DNA of 31,142 bases from Trichoplax sp. H2 (lineage: Eukaryota), in the NCBI GenBank assembly GCA_003344405.1, contig NOWV01000244.1:62001-93142 (forward strand). The letters are read 5' to 3'. Of this stretch, positions 24,686 through 31,142 are shown piece by piece; position 1 is the stretch's first letter, and the number at the start of each line of letters is the position of its first letter. The notes under the pieces are model-generated. The model did not search any database. It was not told the origin of the DNA and worked only from the letters and a program-made list of their open reading frames with translations. The translations under genes were made by a program, and so were the position numbers.

Positions 24686-25500
24686 ATGATCTATATGTCT
24701 GGGTAAAATGAACGACCTGACTATTGGAGGACGCGATTGCAATTTTTTTTTCGCCTTGCAATGTGGTCGAGTGTGGAAGGAGGAGAAGAAGTTACAATTG
24801 CTTCTAGACTTTTAGTGTCCAGTAATGATCTATGCCTGGGTAAAATGAACGACCTGACTATTGGAGGACGCGATTGCAATTTTTTTTTCGCCTTGCAATG
24901 TGGTCGAGTGTGGAAGGAGGAGAAGAAGTTGCAATTGCTTCTAGACTTTTAGTGTCCAGTAATGATCTATGTCTGGGTAAAATGAACGACCTGACTATTG
25001 GAGGACGCGATTGCAATTTTTTTTTCGCCTTGCAATGTGGTCGAGTGTGGAAGGAGAAGAAGAAGTTGCAATTGCTTCTAGACTTTTAGTGTCCAGTAAT
25101 GATCTATGTCTGGGTAAAATGAACGACCTGACTATTGGAGGACGCGATTGCAATTTTTTTTTCGCCTTGCAATGTGGTAGAGTGTGGAAGGAGGAGAAGA
25201 AGTTGCAATTGCTTCTAGTGTCCAGTAATGATCGATGTCTGGATTAAATGAACGACCTGACTATTAGCGGACGCGATTGCAATTTCTTTTTTTTTTCGCC
25301 TTGCAATGTGGTAGAGTGTGGAAGGAGGAGAAGAAGTTGCAATTGCTTCTAGACTTTTAGTGTCCAGTAATGATCTATGTCTGGGTTAAATGAACGACCT
25401 GACTATTGGCGGACGCGATTGCAATTTCTTTTTTTCGCCTTGCAATGTGGTCGAGTGTAGAAGGAGAAGAAGAAGTTGCAATTGCTTCTAGTGTCCAGTA
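24686..25500. repeat. Tandem array of six ~137-bp units, each with an internal long inverted repeat
   Basis: The anchor aacgacctgac recurs at 24711, 24848, 24985, 25122, 25251 and 25393 (spacings 137, 137, 137, 129, 142). Units are near-identical and differ by point changes, an 8-bp deletion and poly-T length. Confidence 0.97.
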
Positions 25501-28500
25501 GATTAAACCGACACACCATGCCGTGCCAATCAGACTTTTTTGACACTATTTTTATAAGTAATGGATGACTTCTGCACAAACACAAATAGAGTAAATACAG
25601 TTCAAGACTGAAATCGTTTTCAAGCTTGCGATAGTTGGCTCAAGTGCGACACCAGTACAAGACGCGTATTTTACAAGAAATTTCCAACAGTCCCATGCCC
25701 CAATCGACCAACTGCGACTTCTCTCCCTCAAAAGTTCCTGTAACTAGCATACTATATTGTTGATTCTACATTTCTAAAAAACGTCAACGGCCTTGCATTT
25801 CTCTTTGCAGCTTGGTCACTACAGTATTACTAGTGCAATCATAATATGCAATCAATACAGTAAATGCGTTCTGTAAATCAATCAAAATCATAATCACGTC
25901 GATGGTGTGGTGAACCTCGGCAATGGCTTACTCCCGATAGCAAGGCAATATCCGGCCAATTTGAAAGAACAAATGGACAATGTTACCCTATGCAAATAAA
26001 AAGTCATGACCGTGGATCACTGCTTACGAGCATATCGACATGACTACCGACTCGCCATGACGTCAAGCTGGATCGTAGGAGAAAACATAGACTTATCAAG
26101 TAATTGCTGAAGTAGTTCTAGCAGTAGTGACTGCAGCACAAATGCAATAACAGTCAATAAAGAATATTGTATCGACGTCATCTTAGCGCTAATCCAAACT
26201 CCAACGGAAATCATTGATGCTACAGTATGATTCCAAGTCAGGCAGTGAGATTGTACATCAATGATCCTTGGCAATTTAGTGGGCAAATGAACGAATGGAA
26301 TAAAATCAAATTGGCAGGAAATTGAGTTTCTTGTCCTATTTTCAGATACTTTATATTAATTAAGCAAAGAATCAATCATTTGTATTCTTTGCATTTCTTT
26401 GTTCAACAGCTGCATAGGCATTCTCTTACTGTACGCATGGAGATTTTACTTACTATATATGTTATATAATATAGTCCTTCGACATAAAATAGCATTGGTA
26501 GAACTACACGAATGGTAACAGTAGCACACGAACAATCCAAATCCCTTTTCTTCACGCTAACTCAGTCACGAAAACCTTTTTCAGAACACTATTGACGAGT
26601 AACTTCTACTTGCAAGAATAGCAATGGCGCTCGCTTTACTTCGCATACTGCGTGGACTTGCATTTTCTACTCGCTAATTGATCCACTGGTATTGACACTA
26701 CGAGAATGACATTGACTAATTTTCAGTTGTATCATCAGTAGCCTGGTTTTAAACTTGAATGATTTGAACTTATCTATCCTCTTTTGTAGTGGAGCTACTT
26801 TTAACTGGTTAAAAGTAGCTTTACACGAGCAGTGTATATTACAAAGATAAGCCAAAATTGGACGTTTACATCTTATGAATTAGTTAATGATACTCATGTA
26901 GTCAATAAAATAGGTGAGATCTGCGGCAAATGGAAAATAAATTAAAAAGAAATGGACGTCTAAAAATTGTCTGTTATGCTATTACCAGTATATCCTTAGC
27001 TAGTGGCGAAGGATTTTTGATCTTGTAATGAAATACTCGATCGGCATATTGGGACAGTCGATACTAATAGCCAATACGAAGAACGACGCGAAAAAGAATA
27101 TCAAAAATGAGCGTTATGATTGCCACTTGCATCCTTAGCCATACTGAGTAGATCTATCGTCTTGATGATCAAGGAGTTACATCATGAAATTGCGATTTTT
27201 TTACTGTATTTAAACTTTGTGGTTGCAAAGGATAGCTCAAATGACATCGGCAATGTTTATTGTGGCATACTCGCACTCGATGCGGTCAATAATAGCATTC
27301 ATTAGTCCACAGCACGGTCAATAAGGACGAGAATAGAATCACAGCGATCCATTTTCTCATACGTCATCAGCCGGTAAATTGTTGGCGACATTAATGTCAA
27401 GTTTTCATTTTCTTATTAGAGTTAGAAAGTTACACGGATATTCTCCATAGTTGTAGCCCGAAATAAATTGTTACTATGTAGGCATACAACGTCAAGGGAA
27501 TGGGCAATTGTACAGCAATTATCCCTTGTGCTTTCATCTAGTAACCTAATAGCAACTCATAAAGGATAATAGTATATTTTCCATACCGTAGGTTAGAAAA
27601 ATATCGAGAATTCTATTACTGCGCGCGATATGCCATACATTGGTATGGCATGTGTTGTGGTAATAGAATTCTTTCATAAAATCTTCACAGTCATTAGATT
27701 GGAGAAACCTTGTCGATAATATAGTTAAGAAAAAATTGATTACGCTATAGCGACTGCCTACTAATGAAGAACCTAAATGAGGAAATTTTCCACAGCGCAA
27801 TGACGGTATTATTGCTTTAGTCGAAGTAGTAACCCATTTTTTCGTTTTTAAAATTGATTTCTAGTATGGCAAAATTAAGCCTTTCATACAGACTGCTTTG
27901 TATTCAGCTATGAAAGACTCTAACGACAATGAACAACTATAGATTCCCAGAAAAGTAGATTAATGTATACCCCATTCATTTTTAGGTATTAACAATAATT
28001 GATTAAACGTACTAATCACGAATTCAATAAAAGACAAAATTACTTAATGACACAGTAACTGTGGCGTTGGACAGGATCGTTAGAAATCTGAAGGCCTAAT
28101 AAAAACTAAAAACGAACACAATCTATCTTTCTTACGCCTATCTCTTGTGCAAGCAATCTATACGGGGAGACAATTTCTTGCCTTAAGCTGTGCATTGATC
28201 ATGAATAGTTACAAACACGATGTTAGTATACTCGGATAGAAAGTATCGATGCTTTAGTAGAAAGAAAGTTCTAATCGTCATACCATGTAGTCTTCGAGTG
28301 TTACTATCTACATAATGACGTTATAACTAGCAAAATTACAGGATCAAATCTTATTCTACTCGCGGGATAAGAATATATCTCCTTCATTTAGCATTAGCAA
28401 TAATTTTATGATCAAGATCGAACGGTAAATAAGATACCATTATATACAACCATCAAAAAATTCAATCAAAATTCATTAGCATGAAAAATGTCTGCATAAT

Positions 28501-29408
28501 TAATGACTTTTGGAGTCAAATTGGGATGCCGAATTTGACCATATTAATCAAGTAAAATGGGTTTATTTTGTAACGTAGTTCAGGAAAAACTGCATGAGTA
28601 CACAATTCTCAAGTGTTTATAACATAAATATAAATGTATCCAAAATACTACATATTATTCCTTTAGTTCTACAGTATTTGTCCTCCTTTTCTTACAAAAT
28701 ATGTAAATATGTAAATATTGTTGAGTATGATTATTGATACTATTCATTAACGTTATTGTCATAGATGGATATATTTGGGAGCAAAAAGAGAAATAATGAA
28801 AAAGAAAAGACATCGAAGGTCTTTCTTGAGATACTTGATAATTTTTTTACGGTTCATTTTAGCTAGAACGGTAAACACGACAGACTATCTGCATTGATGT
28901 ATTCTTCTCGTAGCAACTGTAAATATAATCACTAATTAACAACTAATTTAACACTATGACTACCATGCATGATTGCTCTATTTTCAGTTATAGATATTCT
29001 ATTCTATTGCGCACCAAATTTTTCTTATGATTTTAGAACCAAAAGTAAAAAGATTAAAGGAGTTTGCAGCAAGAGTCGAAAGATGTAGGATAAAAATTGT
29101 CATAAGTAATCCAAACTGTTTATATAGACGATTTCTAGTGTTACGTTAGTATTTCGTGCGATTGATATCAACAAAACTTGATCAACTCACAAAGCATAAA
29201 AATACCTTGATTATCAGTATTCAATATCTAATGAATAAATTATATATATATATTAAAAATCATACAGTCGTCCCAAATTGAACTAAAGAATCGCCCCACG
29301 CGCTAAATTTATAGCACATTTGTCAGAAAGGAATGCTAACACCCTTATAAGACCTATCTCATGATCTTTCTATCGTAGAATAATATCCTCTTTATTCAGA
29401 TAGCTTAC

Positions 29409-29496
29409 CTTGGTTAGGCTCAGTCCTGTTTTCACGATCAAATTAGATGGAATATCTAAAACTCTTTCAAAATTGAGTTTTATGCCACCAATTAAT
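29409..29496 (-). other. Candidate isolated exon (coding or UTR), unassigned
   Basis: Minus strand reads ttttatttttgcttatcTAG|88 nt|AAG-GTAAGC, a good acceptor and a near-consensus donor. One frame is open (LIGGIKLNFERVLDIPSNLIVKTGLSLTK). No recognisable homology. Confidence 0.3.
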
Positions 29497-31142
29497 CTAG
29501 ATAAGCAAAAATAAAATTGAGTGGGTAGCTGTCCGAGTTTTTTTCCATCAATAGGCATGTCGAACGCAAATATCCATTACTGCTAATGTTGCCATTCACA
29601 TCCGGTTTGTGCCGATATGACTAGAATACCGTTATTAGCCTAACTTATCCACAGCTACTACTCGAGAAAGTAATAATTGAGCTAGTGTACTGTTCTATAC
29701 GATCAATTATTTTATGCAACTTAGGTATGGGAAAAGCAAGAAGAAAATAAATGTGGTCTTACTTTCATGGTTCAAATTTCAAAAAAAGTTATAATAAATT
29801 ATGCGGTTAATAGCTGCTAAAAGAGACTAGACTGTTTTAACTTCTTTGGCTGTCATTTTTCATTAATCAGCTAAAGTTGATAGAATAATCTATAGTTTCA
29901 TTGATGTAAATTCTAAATTAGTCATCAAATTTATTTGATACCTCTATATTTTGCAAGTTAAACTAGAAGCTTAATATTTTTGTCTAGAATTATTTGGTAA
30001 ACGATTGTTTAAGTTCTAGAATAAATAGGCAATCAAAAGATAAATCGCTCGTTTATTTTTAATATGAAAGTTTCCCGGTTTTTCTGCTATGGTTATAATT
30101 GAACTATGTGAATCTATTAAATATTTATTTGTATCTTGCCTAAAATTCATAACTGTCATAATATTGATCTAGTTAAGCATTTGGAATAATTAAGATCCTT
30201 TTACATTTATCTTTATCGTCCAGCGATATGAATAGGGATAATAAAAATATTTCAGATGACAAATAGTAGTGAAAGCGATATCGAAATTCTTAATTCGACC
30301 GATAATCTGGATACAAATTGCGGAATATCAAGCCATGATTTACAATAAAATCGCATTTTTCGTAATAAATCAACTTCTGGAAATACGTTAGTTAATTAAT
30401 GAGGCAGCATTAAACTTGATTTATTATTAATTCTGATAATGAGGTAAAATAAATGTAAATTTCAGGGGTGTAAACTTATTAAGCTAAAGATGAGATACAT
30501 AGACGTGTATCTGTGGTTTCTTATATTTAAATTTAGAACCGTTCTACTTTGTTTTTAGTTCAATTTCAGACAGGTACTACTGTACCTATATTTATGATAA
30601 CAAATATAATTTTAGTTAAAATCGAATGGCATGAATCAAAAATTAATATTGTATTTAATGATTAATTATAGATCATGGTAACTAAATGCAGCATCTATTC
30701 GATTTTGGCGAACGACTACTTTACTTCTGATGATTCTACATTAATCTTAACCTTTTGCTAATACAACCGCATACGGAAGTATTAATCTTTTTCCGATGTT
30801 AAAGTAAATTATTAAATGATTTAACCGATAATCGTGATTAGTAAAGTTTACTAAACTATTAGGAAGCACTTTACGTGAACGAAAATGGCAAATTGATTAA
30901 CTTAATTTTAGTAACAGAGCTGACAATTCTGCAAATAAGTTCAAGTGAGAAAATAAGTATTTGTTAAAAAATTTTTTCGAAAGCGAAAAAAATTGGGGAA
31001 TCCGTCATTTATGGAGCCATAAGAGGTAGATATTGCTTTAATTGTCATTATATTTAATATCCAATATATTCTCATAGATTCATGGATAAGTTTCCAAATA
31101 ACTAAGCAAATGTAATCAGTTCATTGCCCTTTTACAAATTCT

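Noticed and set aside
24683..24721. Box C (GTGATGA) and box D (CTGA) suggesting a C/D snoRNA cluster
   Set aside because: The span is only about 38 nt, and the other five units read GTAATGA, which breaks the kink-turn GA pair.
24696..24752. Spliced-leader RNA or snRNA-like features (GG|GTAAAA donor-like, AAT9 Sm-like)
   Set aside because: The donor-like site is mutated in units 5 and 6, and the U-tract lacks the closing G and is sequestered in the long stem.
24686..25500. CRISPR array interpretation
   Set aside because: Whole units are near-identical with no unique spacers, there are no cas genes, and the context is eukaryotic.
23894..25500. Hammerhead ribozyme (retrozyme) cores
   Set aside because: I found no CTGAnGA plus GAAA core with suitable stems on either strand by eye. 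Other ribozyme classes were not excluded.
24737..25585. Repeated 60-78 aa ORFs (MQFFFRLAMW...) in the array
   Set aside because: They are artefacts of a 137-bp period not divisible by 3, have non-ATG starts, and are frameshifted by poly-T indels.
2530..28539. Isolated 8-bp-arm palindromes (2530-2546, 18153-18176, 20593-20612, 28515-28539)
   Set aside because: Several such short inverted repeats are expected by chance in 31 kb of AT-rich DNA, and none has supporting context.
29263..29300. TA-CAGTCGTCCC resembling a Tc1/mariner terminal inverted repeat
   Set aside because: No matching inverted end and no transposase remnant in the window.
38..29357. Exact 15-mer ccttataagacctat at 38-52 and 29343-29357
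   Set aside because: The flanks do not align, so it is compatible with a chance match in AT-rich sequence.

Overview
AT-rich eukaryotic (animal) genomic DNA with short GT-AG introns. The low GC, small introns and divergent intronless class A GPCRs suggest an early-branching metazoan such as a placozoan (Trichoplax-like), but this is inference only. Three protein-coding genes are supported: (1) the 3' part of a spliced ZFAND2B/AIRAPL-type gene (AN1 zinc finger, two UIMs, CAAX box) at <1-1604, which the ORF track misses; (2) a peptide-receptor-like class A GPCR on + (10984-12378); (3) a convergent orphan class A GPCR on - (22198-23346) that has lost its sodium-pocket residues. Upstream of the second GPCR is a GC-richer ~1.6 kb repeat block. 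It holds a diverged ~348-bp dimer whose stems are conserved while its loops vary, followed by six ~137-bp tandem units. Each 137-bp unit folds on the + strand into a ~69-nt, 25-bp, G:U-rich hairpin. This block is the best candidate for an undescribed system, either a hairpin/small-RNA cluster or a structured mobile RNA. The rest appears non-coding.
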